Positions 52,347 to 61,974 of a stretch of DNA of 64,000 nucleotides are shown piece by piece. Every line of letters begins with the position of its first letter. Position 1 is the stretch's first letter. The stretch is from an uncultured Planctomycetota bacterium (GTDB lineage Bacteria > Planctomycetota > Planctomycetia > Isosphaerales > Isosphaeraceae): the NCBI GenBank assembly GCA_963823665.1, contig CAWGMQ010000004.1:1024001-1088000 (forward strand), read 5' to 3'. Below the pieces are notes generated by a model, which saw only the letters and a program-made list of their open reading frames with translations, did not search any database and was not told where the DNA came from. The position numbers and the translations under genes are program-made.

Positions 52347-54734
52347 ATGTGGACAAATCGCGGTCGGTGGATCGGCTTCCTCGCGGCCCTCGTTTTCTCG
52401 AGCCAGTTTGTCGCCGCGGCCAGATCGCAGGGGATCATCATCGATCGTCGCCCGACGATTCCGATCAGCCATTTTTATGAGATCCGAGAGGTCAGCATCG
52501 ATGGGCGGGTGCGCGATCAAGTCGCGGAAGTTCAAGTTTCCCAGACCTTCCACAACCCCGGGTCGACTCAGCTCGAAGCCGAATTCCTGTTCCCGCTTCC
52601 CGAGGAAGGGGCCATTCAGAACTTCGTGCTGATGGTCGATGGCAAAGAGCTGCCCGGCAGGCTCGTCCCCAAGGACGAAGCCAGGCGCATTTACGAAGAG
52701 ATCGTCCGCACGAAGCGAGACCCTGCGCTGCTCGAATACATGGGTCGCGGGCTTTACCGCACGAGCGTCTTTCCCATTCCCGCAGGGGCGGACCGCAAGG
52801 TGACCATGCGCTACACGCAGCTTTGCAAGCGCGAGCGCGACCTTGTCGAGTTTACCTATCCTCTCAGCACGCAGAAGTTCACGAGCAAGCCCATTCAGCG
52901 GCTGGCTGTCAGCATTTCGATCCAGAGCAAGGAACCGATCAAATCGATTTACTGCCCGAGCGACGACGTGAAGATCGACCGCTTTGGTGATCGTGACGTC
53001 AAGGTTGCCATGGAATACCGGGATGTGGTGCCGAGCCGCGATTTTCGTCTGGTTTACACGCTCGCGAGCGGTGCGTTCTCAGCCAACATCATGAGCATTC
53101 GCCCGAGCGAATCCGAGGACGGCTATTTCCTGCTGCTGGCGAGCCCGGAGGTGAAGCCGGCCGACGCACGCCCGCTGCCCAAGACGGTCATCTTCGTGAT
53201 CGACCGGTCGGGCTCGATGGCGGGCAAGAAAATCGAGCAGGCGCGGAAGGCGCTCAAGTCCGTGCTCAACAACCTCCGCGAGGACGACCTGTTCAACATC
53301 GTCGCCTATGACGATCGGGTCGAAAGCTTCAAGCCCGAGCTCGAGCGATATAGCTCGCGAGTGCGCGAGGAAGCCGAGCGGTTTGTCGACAACATCCGCG
53401 AGGGGGGAAGCACCAACATCGACGCCGCCCTCAAGACCTCTCTGGCGATGATCCACGATTCGTCGCGCCCGAGCTACGTGCTGTTCCTGACCGACGGACT
53501 GCCCACAGCCGGCGAAACTCGTGAGCTGCCGATCGCCGAGAACTGCCGCTCGGCCAACTCGCGGCGATCGCGGGTCTTTTGCTTCGGAGTCGGCTACGAC
53601 GTCAACGCCCGGTTGCTCGATCGATTGAGCGGCGGCAACAGCGGAACGAGTGAATACGTCAAGCCCGACGAAGACATCGAGAGCCACGTCGCGGCGTTTT
53701 ATTCGAAGATGACACGGCCGGCGCTATCGGACATTCGCATTGAACTGTCGGGGGTCGACGTCAACCGCAGCTACCCGCGCGACGTTCCTGACCTCTTCGA
53801 GGGGGGGCAGATTGTCTGGGTGGGCCGGTACCGGCAATCCGGCCGAACCACGATCCGGGTGACAGGCAAGGTCGCAGGCGAGAGCCGAAGCCTGGAATTC
53901 CCCGCTGAGCTCGCCGGCTCCTCGGGCGGAAGCAACTACGATTTCGTCGAGAGGCTGTGGGCCGTTCGCCGGCTCGGTGACTTGATCGATCAGATCGACC
54001 TGCATGGGCAGAACCGTGAGCTGATCGACGAGCTAGTGTCACTCAGCACCAGGTACGGGATCTTGACGCCTTATACGTCATTCCTGGCTGATGAGCGCGT
54101 GCCGCTACAAGCGATGGGCAACGCCACTCGGGCTGAACGCGCGCTGAGCGAGCTGCAGGTGGTAACCGGCGTGCAAGGCGTCGAGCAGCGGCGCGGCAAG
54201 CAACGCATGCTGGGAGCCGAGCGCGAAGCGGCCAGCGATTCCGCGTACGAGGGTCTCGCGAATGCGAATTCGGTCGATCGCGGAGCGCAACTCGCCACGC
54301 CGAGCGCGAGTGCACCGGCGGAGGAACGTGCCGATCGGCGTGCGCGGAACAAATCCGCAGCCACGAGGGGCTTCGGCGGGATGATGGCCGGCGGATCAGG
54401 TCCAACCGGCGGCGCCGGTGGTATCGCTGCCGTCACGCCGACGTCCCGCGCGGCTGACGGAGAGGCCAAGAGAGGCGATGCGCAGTCCAAGGTGCGCCGC
54501 ATCGGGTCGAAGACGTTCTACTGGAAGAAAGAGCGCTGGATCGACGCCGCGGTCACCGAGGAAGAAGCCGAAAAAGCGACGGTGATCACCCAGTTGAGCG
54601 ACGAGTACTTCAGTCTCGCCCGCACTCAGAAAGCCGGAGACAACCAGTACCTGAGCCTCGACGAGCCGATCACCGTCAAGCTTGGCGGCAAGGTTTACCG
54701 CATCGAGCCAGACAAGAAACACGCCTCGAAGTGA
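52347..54734 (+). CDS. exported VIT + vWA domain protein (inter-alpha-trypsin inhibitor-like)
   Basis: Signal peptide, QTFHNP...EFLFPLPE (VIT), MIDAS DRSGS, FLTDG, GILTPYTSF. Confidence 0.92.
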   Translation: MWTNRGRWIGFLAALVFSSQFVAAARSQGIIIDRRPTIPISHFYEIREVSIDGRVRDQVAEVQVSQTFHNPGSTQLEAEFLFPLPEEGAIQNFVLMVDGKELPGRLVPKDEARRIYEEIVRTKRDPALLEYMGRGLYRTSVFPIPAGADRKVTMRYTQLCKRERDLVEFTYPLSTQKFTSKPIQRLAVSISIQSKEPIKSIYCPSDDVKIDRFGDRDVKVAMEYRDVVPSRDFRLVYTLASGAFSANIMSIRPSESEDGYFLLLASPEVKPADARPLPKTVIFVIDRSGSMAGKKIEQARKALKSVLNNLREDDLFNIVAYDDRVESFKPELERYSSRVREEAERFVDNIREGGSTNIDAALKTSLAMIHDSSRPSYVLFLTDGLPTAGETRELPIAENCRSANSRRSRVFCFGVGYDVNARLLDRLSGGNSGTSEYVKPDEDIESHVAAFYSKMTRPALSDIRIELSGVDVNRSYPRDVPDLFEGGQIVWVGRYRQSGRTTIRVTGKVAGESRSLEFPAELAGSSGGSNYDFVERLWAVRRLGDLIDQIDLHGQNRELIDELVSLSTRYGILTPYTSFLADERVPLQAMGNATRAERALSELQVVTGVQGVEQRRGKQRMLGAEREAASDSAYEGLANANSVDRGAQLATPSASAPAEERADRRARNKSAATRGFGGMMAGGSGPTGGAGGIAAVTPTSRAADGEAKRGDAQSKVRRIGSKTFYWKKERWIDAAVTEEEAEKATVITQLSDEYFSLARTQKAGDNQYLSLDEPITVKLGGKVYRIEPDKKHASK

Positions 54735-54742
54735 GGGCAGTT

Positions 54743-56134
54743 TCACAGCTCGATGCGGTAGTCGATCCAGTCTGGGGTGACGTCGGTTCGCGCGAGGAAG
54801 CTGTCCCACTCGCGAGCGTTCGACTGGTCGTCGGGCCTGGGCGGTAGTCCGGTCTCCAGGTCGAGAAGTCGGCCGGCGGTTTTCTCGTGGAGGCGGCGGT
54901 AGAGTGTCGGGAAGGGCATGTTCCAGTCCATCTTCTTGGCGGTTGTCCGGTCTACGGGCAACATGGCTGCGAGCTCGCGGCTGGTCATTAGCTCGAGGCC
55001 CAGCTCGCGGAGGGTGGCGTTGTGGCTGCCGTGATGGCCGACCTTGTAGAGCACGGTCCGGGCGAGCAGATCCTCGGCCGTCACCCTGCGCGATCCGGAT
55101 CCGGTCTTCAGGTTCCACTCCCTTCCAGCCCAGCTCATCCAGTTGCCCACCTGGGCATCGCCGGGGAACAGGAGCACGCGGCGGGAGGGCTCGAGCTCGA
55201 ACGCGAGTGCGAGGCTGGTGTTATTTGTGTTCGAGTCGAGCTGGAGCGCCAGCCGGCCGGCTGGTCCGAGCCAGTCGCTCTCGATGCGGCGCCACCCCTG
55301 GTCGTCCTCTCCCTCAAACCCATAGTGTTCACCGAAGAAGTCGTCGTCCCACGCCTCCGCGTCGGAGATCCGGAACCATTTGTCGAACGGCATTCCGGCG
55401 GTGTCTCCTTCATCGGGGGATGAGTCGAGGGCCGCGAGGAACCCCAGGTCTTCACCGCTCATCCCGGCGAGCTCGTAGACCTCGCTCGACCGCGTGCTCG
55501 GGTCGCTTCTCCGGAGCAGCTTGACGTCGCGCGGGGGACCGAGCACGTATACCCGCACGTCATCCACGCCGGGAATGGTCACTGGATCGCAGCCGGGCGT
55601 GAAGTAGCGCAGGCGGGCGTTCTCACGCGCTTTCACCCACTCGATCGCCTTGGCGGTCGTCGCGGGGCCGCTGGCGCCCATCTCGCCCTGGAACGCGAGC
55701 AGGCCGTTCAGAGACGCGAGGTTGTGCTGCGCACTCGCCTCGGCGAGGCCCGAGAGTCTGGTGACGGCATTTTCGACGGCGGCGACGGCCTTCCGCCGGC
55801 GATGGGCTAATTCAGAGGCCAGGTCGTCTCCAGGATCCTCGGTCCAGGCGAGCCAGACCTCGCCCACGGCCAGCCGGTTGAAGATGTCTTCGGCCTGGAG
55901 GAACCCGGAGACATGGTCCCAATGCTGGTGAGTGACGACCAGGGCGTCGAGCCGTCCGCCGGTTGTTGTGAGGATCGATTCGGCCACGCGTCTGATGCGG
56001 GCCGTGGCGTCTCCCGTGCCTTTGAGCACGCCGCAGTCGATCAGCACGTGGGACTCGCCGGCCGGCCGGGGGAACGAAAGGAGGAAGCAATCCCCGAGCC
56101 CCTGGCGGTACATCCGCACCCGAACGGTTTTCAT
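54743..56134 (-). CDS. metallo-beta-lactamase fold hydrolase (ComEC-like class)
   Basis: GLGDCFLL, IDCG, THQHWDH, NNTSL, FPGDAQ and YKVGHHGSHNAT. Confidence 0.9.
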   Translation of the reverse strand: MKTVRVRMYRQGLGDCFLLSFPRPAGESHVLIDCGVLKGTGDATARIRRVAESILTTTGGRLDALVVTHQHWDHVSGFLQAEDIFNRLAVGEVWLAWTEDPGDDLASELAHRRRKAVAAVENAVTRLSGLAEASAQHNLASLNGLLAFQGEMGASGPATTAKAIEWVKARENARLRYFTPGCDPVTIPGVDDVRVYVLGPPRDVKLLRRSDPSTRSSEVYELAGMSGEDLGFLAALDSSPDEGDTAGMPFDKWFRISDAEAWDDDFFGEHYGFEGEDDQGWRRIESDWLGPAGRLALQLDSNTNNTSLALAFELEPSRRVLLFPGDAQVGNWMSWAGREWNLKTGSGSRRVTAEDLLARTVLYKVGHHGSHNATLRELGLELMTSRELAAMLPVDRTTAKKMDWNMPFPTLYRRLHEKTAGRLLDLETGLPPRPDDQSNAREWDSFLARTDVTPDWIDYRIEL

Positions 56135-56156
56135 GCGAATTGCTCCATGCGGCCCC

Positions 56157-59100
56157 TCACAGTCGATGCAGCATTGCGAATGGCTCACTGCGCTGCCGGC
56201 CCACACCGCCGAAGTATGTGGCGGCCAGGTTTTCGTTGCCGTCTTCCAGCAAGTACCGGCGCTGGCGCTCTCGCCGGGCGTCGTCGAGTTTCTTTCGGAT
56301 GCTGTACCGAACCTTCCCGGTCTCTGCGTCCACCACCAGGGTGCATCCGCCGCGGAACCAGAATTCGGCCTCGCCGTCCGGAACTATCCAACCTTCCGGA
56401 TCGGTGATCTTTCCGTCGCGCTGGGTCAGCTCGATTACCCATTGAAACCGCGGCCGGCCTTCCCAGTCGCTGCGGAAGGATGGTCGAATGGAATGCACCT
56501 CAACCGGCAACTCAAAGTTGATTCCACTGATGCCGCACCCGTGCTTCTTCAGTCGCGCTTGCAAGTAGCTATGCAGGGCGGCGCGTTTACTTTTCATGAG
56601 CTTATAGAGCTTCTCTCGGCCCCTGGTCAGGCTCCACGAGGCGATGTCGGGGGCCCATTTCTGGACCTCGCTCAGCACCGCGTTCTCATCTTCATCCGGG
56701 GCGTCGGCGCTGCCGCGCCACAGCAGCCCGTCGACGGAGACGGTGCGCACGCCCTCCGGCACGATCCCATGCCGGCGAAACGCCTCGACGAATGCCACCC
56801 GACAATTCGTTTCATCCACCGGGTCGAATTCATAGTCGGCGGTCACGATTGCCCGCAGATAGTCGCCGAAGGTCAGGTCAACCGGCGGGCAGTAATCCAG
56901 CGCGCGGAAGCACATGTTGAGCACGTGCCCGGCCGATCGCGCGGCCTCGTCGGCCAGGCGGTTCACCAGATCGGGATGGAGATGGCCCGCCGGCAGAACT
57001 CCGGTTCCATCGGTGGCGATCCGGAGCAGGTCGGCCACCGCCGCCTTAAAAATCGTCAGGAACGCGTCGAATACGGCAGCCACGAGCAGGCGCCTCGATC
57101 ATGGGGTTCTTTGAGACGGCGGTAGGCGTCGGGATCGGGCTTGGCCCGTTCCCACTGGCCGGTCAACCGATTGACCGCGCCCAGGGCGCTTCGCAGCGCC
57201 CCGCGATTGCCCGTGGCCTGACCGAACTGCTGCGCCAGCTCACCCAGTTGGTTCTGGCTCTCGAGGTCGCCGCGGGTGCGGGCCACCTGGTGCCGCAGAA
57301 CATCGGGCAGCGAAAAGTGCTGGAACAGAGCCACGATGTCGGCAAACGCTTCGTGGAAGGCGAGCACGTCGGGATTGCTGGGCTCGTTGAACCGGCGGTG
57401 CATGCCGTCGAGCAGCGCATGGGTTGTCTCGTGCGCGATGATGTCGTGGGACAGGCACGTGAAGACGATCATCGCGTCCTCGCGCGCCCGGCCCGGGAAT
57501 CCCGGATCGGGAAAGTATCCGAAGAGGAGGGCCTTCTTGACGGGGCTGTAGTAGGCGTTAGCCTCTCGCAGCGCGTGCGGGTAAACCCTCAACCGCTGGA
57601 CGTATTGTTCGCTCTTCCAGTTGTCGCCGGTCTCGTCCAGACGCACCGCCGGCCGCGGCGACCAGAGGGCGAGCCGGCCAAGCGCCCGCTCGAACGTGCG
57701 AATCGTGCGCATCGCAACGGCGTAGACCATCTGCTGGTGAAACTGCGGGTTCGATTCGGACGGCGCCAGTCCTTGCTGAGCCAAGAGCCGCGGGTCATCG
57801 AGGTCGATCGGGGCATAGAAGGCCTTGCTTGCGGGATCACGGTCCACGATCTCGAGGTACTCGCCCACCGGGCCGGGCCCGAGCGCATCGCCGCCGGAAG
57901 AGGTGCGCTCCCAGGGTACCCGCAGCACGACCTCGTTGATCACGGCGGTCTCGGATGCGATTCCCATGGTTGGATCGAACGCGAACGTGCGGAGCCGCCG
58001 CTCAAGAGCGGCGGCGGCAGCGCCACCGCTGGGAGCGGACAGCAGGGTCCCGGCAAGGGCCGCGGCGTCCCCGTCGGAGGGCCGCGCGGGACGGCGCTTG
58101 TCGATCTGGTAGCGGACCATTCCCGAATCGGCCTCGACCAGCAACGTGCAACCGATCTGGTTGGAGCCCGGCGACTGGTTCGGGGGGGTGGGCGGCTGGA
58201 GCAGCTTGATGACCCACTGCGACTGGAGCGCGCCCGGCTCACCGGCCCGCTGGCGCGGATGGATCGCTTGCACCTCGAACGGTTTGCGGAGGTCGATCGC
58301 GCCGAGCCGGCGCGGGACCTTGAGTCTGCTCAAGTACTCGTGCAGATCGATCTTCGTCTCCTCGAGCACATACCAGAGCTCACTTCGCTCCGGGGGCAGG
58401 TTCCAGTACGCGAGTCGCTTCGAGAGTTTCTGCACGAAGGGCACGAGCGCCAGGGCGACCTCGTCGCTCTCGGGTCCCGGCCAGAGCAGCGTGCGCGCCG
58501 AGACGGTTCCGACCTCCTGAGGAGAAATCCCGTACTCGCGAAACGCTTGCATGAAAGCCTGGCGGTGGCATGCCGGGTCTTGGGGGTTCACGTCATGATC
58601 GGCGGTGATCACCGCCCTCAAGAAGTCGCCGAAGGTCACGCCCACGGGCGGCATGTAATCGAGAGCGCGAATGCACATATCCAGCACGACGCCTGCCAAC
58701 CGCGAGACCTCGTGCACGAGCCGGTTCACCAGGTCGGGATGCAGGCTTCCCGCGGGCAGCTCGCCGGTTCCCCGACTGGCGATCCGCCGGAGGTCAGCAA
58801 CCTGAGATTCGTACATCTTGCGGAGTGCCTCGAACACAGCGGCGACGAGCAAGTCGCCGCGCGCGTGGGGCTCCTGCTCGGTGCGGGCCGCTTTCGGGTC
58901 CGGCCGCCGCGGCTGCCAGGTTTCGCCCTCCGTCTTGCCGAAGGCATTCCGGAGGCCGTCCGGATTACCCAGGGCTTGCCCGAACTGAAGGGCGACGGCC
59001 CCGAGTGGGCCCGGCTCGTTAAGCACTCCGCGTGCCCTCGCGATCTCGGCCCGCAGAATGTCACACTCCCAGAAGTGCAGGAAGAGCGCGACCAGATCGG

Positions 59101-60093
59101 CGAACGCCTCGTGGAATGCCAGCTCGTCGGGATCACCCGCCTGGTTCACGTCGTAGTCAACGATCGACGTCACCAGTGCGAGAATCTCGGCGGTCTCTGA
59201 ATCGGTCGGGTTCGGCGGCTGCGTCAAGCGTGCCAGCTTCCGCTTGAGAGCGGCGATCGCCGGCGCTTGCTTTTTGAGGCGCCGCTCGTCCGTGTTGACT
59301 GCGACTTTGCCACCCGCGTCGAAGATGCGGAAGCAGAGCGTGCGATTCACGCGTGCTACCACGATCAGATTCGTGCCCTTGCTCGGAAGTGCGCTTCGGT
59401 TGCGCACCGAGCCAAGCCACTTCAGGTCGTACCACGCCGTACGGAACCGGTAGTTCATGCCCCAGAGCACCGCGTGCATCATCTCGTGGGTGATGACGTC
59501 CTGCGATAAGCAAGAGTAAACATGCGTGCCGTCAAACAGCGTTCCGGCGAGGCCGATGAAATGACCGAAGCGGATGGCGGCGGTTCCGATCGAGTAATAG
59601 GCGTTCGGCTCCGGCATGAAGTGGGGATGAAGCTTGAGCTGCGCTTCGTACTTCACGTTGCGCGGCTTGCCGTTGGCCGGCGCTGCGCCCAGTGGACGGG
59701 CCGGCCCAGAGCACGCTCAAAGATACGAATCGTGCGCATGGCGACCGCGTAGACCATCTGCTGATGAAACTGCGGATCGCCATCCGATGGGCTCTTGCCG
59801 TCGTGGGCCAGCAACTCGCGCCGATTCAGGTCCACCGGGTCGTACAATTGCGTGCCGTGTTCGTCGATATCCTGAACCGACACGTATTCGCCCGAGGGGC
59901 CGGGCTCGAGTTTCTCCCAGGGAATGTCGAGCGTTGCCTCGTTGACGACCGCCGTCTCGAAACGGGCCGTCAAGCCGGGGTCGAGGGCGAAGACTCGAAG
60001 CTTGCGGAAGACGGGGTCTGGGATCCTCTGCCGCGCCGGCTTCGCCGCGGGAAAATTGGATTCGTGGTCTGCTGGTTGAGAACGAGGGGGCAT
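56157..60093 (-). CDS. tandemly duplicated M4-like (gluzincin) metallopeptidase, frameshifts near 59660 and 57090
   Basis: Two copies of LRxFAxDP / PGPxGEY / QFHQQMVYAVAM / NAYYS / HExxH...HEAFAD / EPHxRG / TFGDxLRA; start uncertain. Confidence 0.85.
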
Positions 60094-60220
60094 CGGTGCG
60101 GCGCTCGTGATTGAGTTGGGCGAATCCAGGAGCGGTGATTCCCGCTGGGGGGGGACTGTCACCCGCGTGGCGCAGTCGGCTGCACACTCGACTTCCGAAT
60201 GGGTCAGAGGCACTTCCTGA

Positions 60221-60426
60221 AGTTGACGTTAAGCGCGCCGCGGAGCGGCACGACGGACGTTCCCACGCAGAGCGTGGGAACGAGGGGCACAATTGGCGTT
60301 AAGCGCGCCGCGGAGCGGCACAGCGGACGTTCCCACGCAGAGCGTGGGAACGAGGGGCACAATTGACGTTAAGCGCGCCGCGGAGCGGCACAGCGGACGT
60401 TCCCACGCAGAGCGTGGGAACGAGGG
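60221..60426. repeat. 3 x 70-bp tandem REP-like repeat
   Basis: Each unit holds the hairpin GTTCCCACGC-AGA-GCGTGGGAAC; units are nearly identical. Confidence 0.95.
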
Positions 60427-60472
60427 TTTTACGGCTTGAACTGAGATCGGGACGTTAATCCCGGTCTGTTTT

Positions 60473-60802
60473 TCAGTCGTCGATCGTGATGTGCAGGGTC
60501 GTGGTTCTGCGGCTGTGGAACGGGTCGCCCGTGAACAACTCGAGCGTTGCCTGCCCCGGCCCGCGAGCCCGCACAAGCACCGCGTTGGGAGAACCCATCG
60601 GGGCGAGAACAGCCCCGTTGGAGCCGACCACGGCCGATACGAAGGGACCGAAGATCTCCAGAGCCGATTCGCCGTCACTGATCCGGGCCCCCGTTGCCTG
60701 AAACACGAGCACGTCGCCCACGCGAACCGCCAGCGGCGCCCTTAAGTGGTCCGTTTGCTGCACCTCGATCAATCGGGCCATCGGGGCGGTACTCCGTTTC
60801 AT
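60473..60802 (-). CDS. small beta-sandwich protein (chagasin-like pattern)
   Basis: 109 aa; AVRVGDVLVF, VRARGPGQATLEL, LHITI; starts 45 bp after the M12 peptidase stop. Confidence 0.6.
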   Translation of the reverse strand: MKRSTAPMARLIEVQQTDHLRAPLAVRVGDVLVFQATGARISDGESALEIFGPFVSAVVGSNGAVLAPMGSPNAVLVRARGPGQATLELFTGDPFHSRRTTTLHITIDD

Positions 60803-60847
60803 TCCGCTCGCCGGATCGCGACGGCATGGCCTGGGTGAATCGTCGGC

Positions 60848-61798
60848 TCAAACGTCCTCCGATGGATCCCAATCTCCGGTCGAATTACCGGTGGGGATAG
60901 CGGCAGCACCAGCCGTGGCCCCGGCCCTGGGATAAATCCGGCCGGCAAAGGCGAAGTCGGTGGGGTTGATGTCGGTTCCCCCGATGATCGGCTTGCCGTC
61001 CTTGGTAATCGTTGCCGGCAACTGGTAGCACATGATCGAGGTCTGGTCTTCGGGCGTTCCCATGATCGATGCGTCGTCGAGCGGGGTGAGCACCTGGGCG
61101 TCGACTTCGGCCTTGTCCCAACCCTGGTCGGCAAGAAAGTACGGGTAGGCTTTCTTGGGATCGATGCGGGCGATCAGGCCTTTGCGCATGTGCTCGTGGG
61201 GGAAACCCAGGGTGTGCCCGGTCTCGTGGCGAACCACGCGCCGGTATTCCGATTCCGGGGTGCTCATGGAAAAATCCTGCAAGTTCATGGTCGGCCGGTT
61301 CTTGGGAATCATCTGGACGTCCGTGCCGAGATACGACCAGTAACCGCTGCCCTCGAACGAGATCCGCACATCGCCGGTCCCACCGGTCTCGACGAACGAG
61401 ATGCATGCGGTTTGCGTCCACGCGTTCATGTGCTGGAGAATCCGGCTCCGCAAGTCAGCCTGAGTGCTTTCCATGAAGCTGACCGAGAGCGTACGGGGAG
61501 TCGGGCCCCAGTATTTTGCAGTCAGGACGGCGATCTGCATCGGCTCCATCACCCCCATGCCCATCCCGCGTGCGACCGGGGCACGCATCGGCGCGTTCAC
61601 CGGGTTGATCCGCATCGCATGGGTCGCCGCCTTCACCAGCAACCGCTTGGGAAGCGACTTGACCGAGCAGCCGGGAACATCCGCGGGCGCGGTGTAGGCA
61701 CTCTCGACCGTCGTGGCTGTCCCCAGCTTCCTACTCAGATCAGTGAATACATCGGCGATCTTCGCGAACGCCTCTTTCAACTCCTCGATCTCGGTCAT
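60848..61798 (-). CDS. astacin-like (M12) zinc metallopeptidase
   Basis: WSYLG, HETGHTLGFPHEH (HExxHxxGxxH) and Met-turn SIMCY; no obvious signal peptide. Confidence 0.9.
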   Translation of the reverse strand: MTEIEELKEAFAKIADVFTDLSRKLGTATTVESAYTAPADVPGCSVKSLPKRLLVKAATHAMRINPVNAPMRAPVARGMGMGVMEPMQIAVLTAKYWGPTPRTLSVSFMESTQADLRSRILQHMNAWTQTACISFVETGGTGDVRISFEGSGYWSYLGTDVQMIPKNRPTMNLQDFSMSTPESEYRRVVRHETGHTLGFPHEHMRKGLIARIDPKKAYPYFLADQGWDKAEVDAQVLTPLDDASIMGTPEDQTSIMCYQLPATITKDGKPIIGGTDINPTDFAFAGRIYPRAGATAGAAAIPTGNSTGDWDPSEDV

Positions 61799-61974
61799 CA
61801 GACCATCTCCAAAAAATCGTGGTGATTTGCCTGAGAATGCAATCAAGATTCGCTGTAAACACCCGAAGCGCCACAATCTAGAGTCAGGTTCCGCACAATT
61901 TACCTAAAATATGCAATCTATCCAAACTCCTCAGACGGTGCGTGTCAAGGAAAAACCATCGGCTGAAGCCTGAC

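Noticed and set aside
57101..59200. 699-aa plus-strand ORF
   Set aside because: Antisense shadow of the M4-like peptidase, with no motifs
59150..59431. Intein
   Set aside because: No N-terminal Cys/Ser, no His-Asn end and no recognisable splicing blocks
60221..60426. CRISPR array
   Set aside because: The units are near-identical over their whole length, so there are no unique spacers
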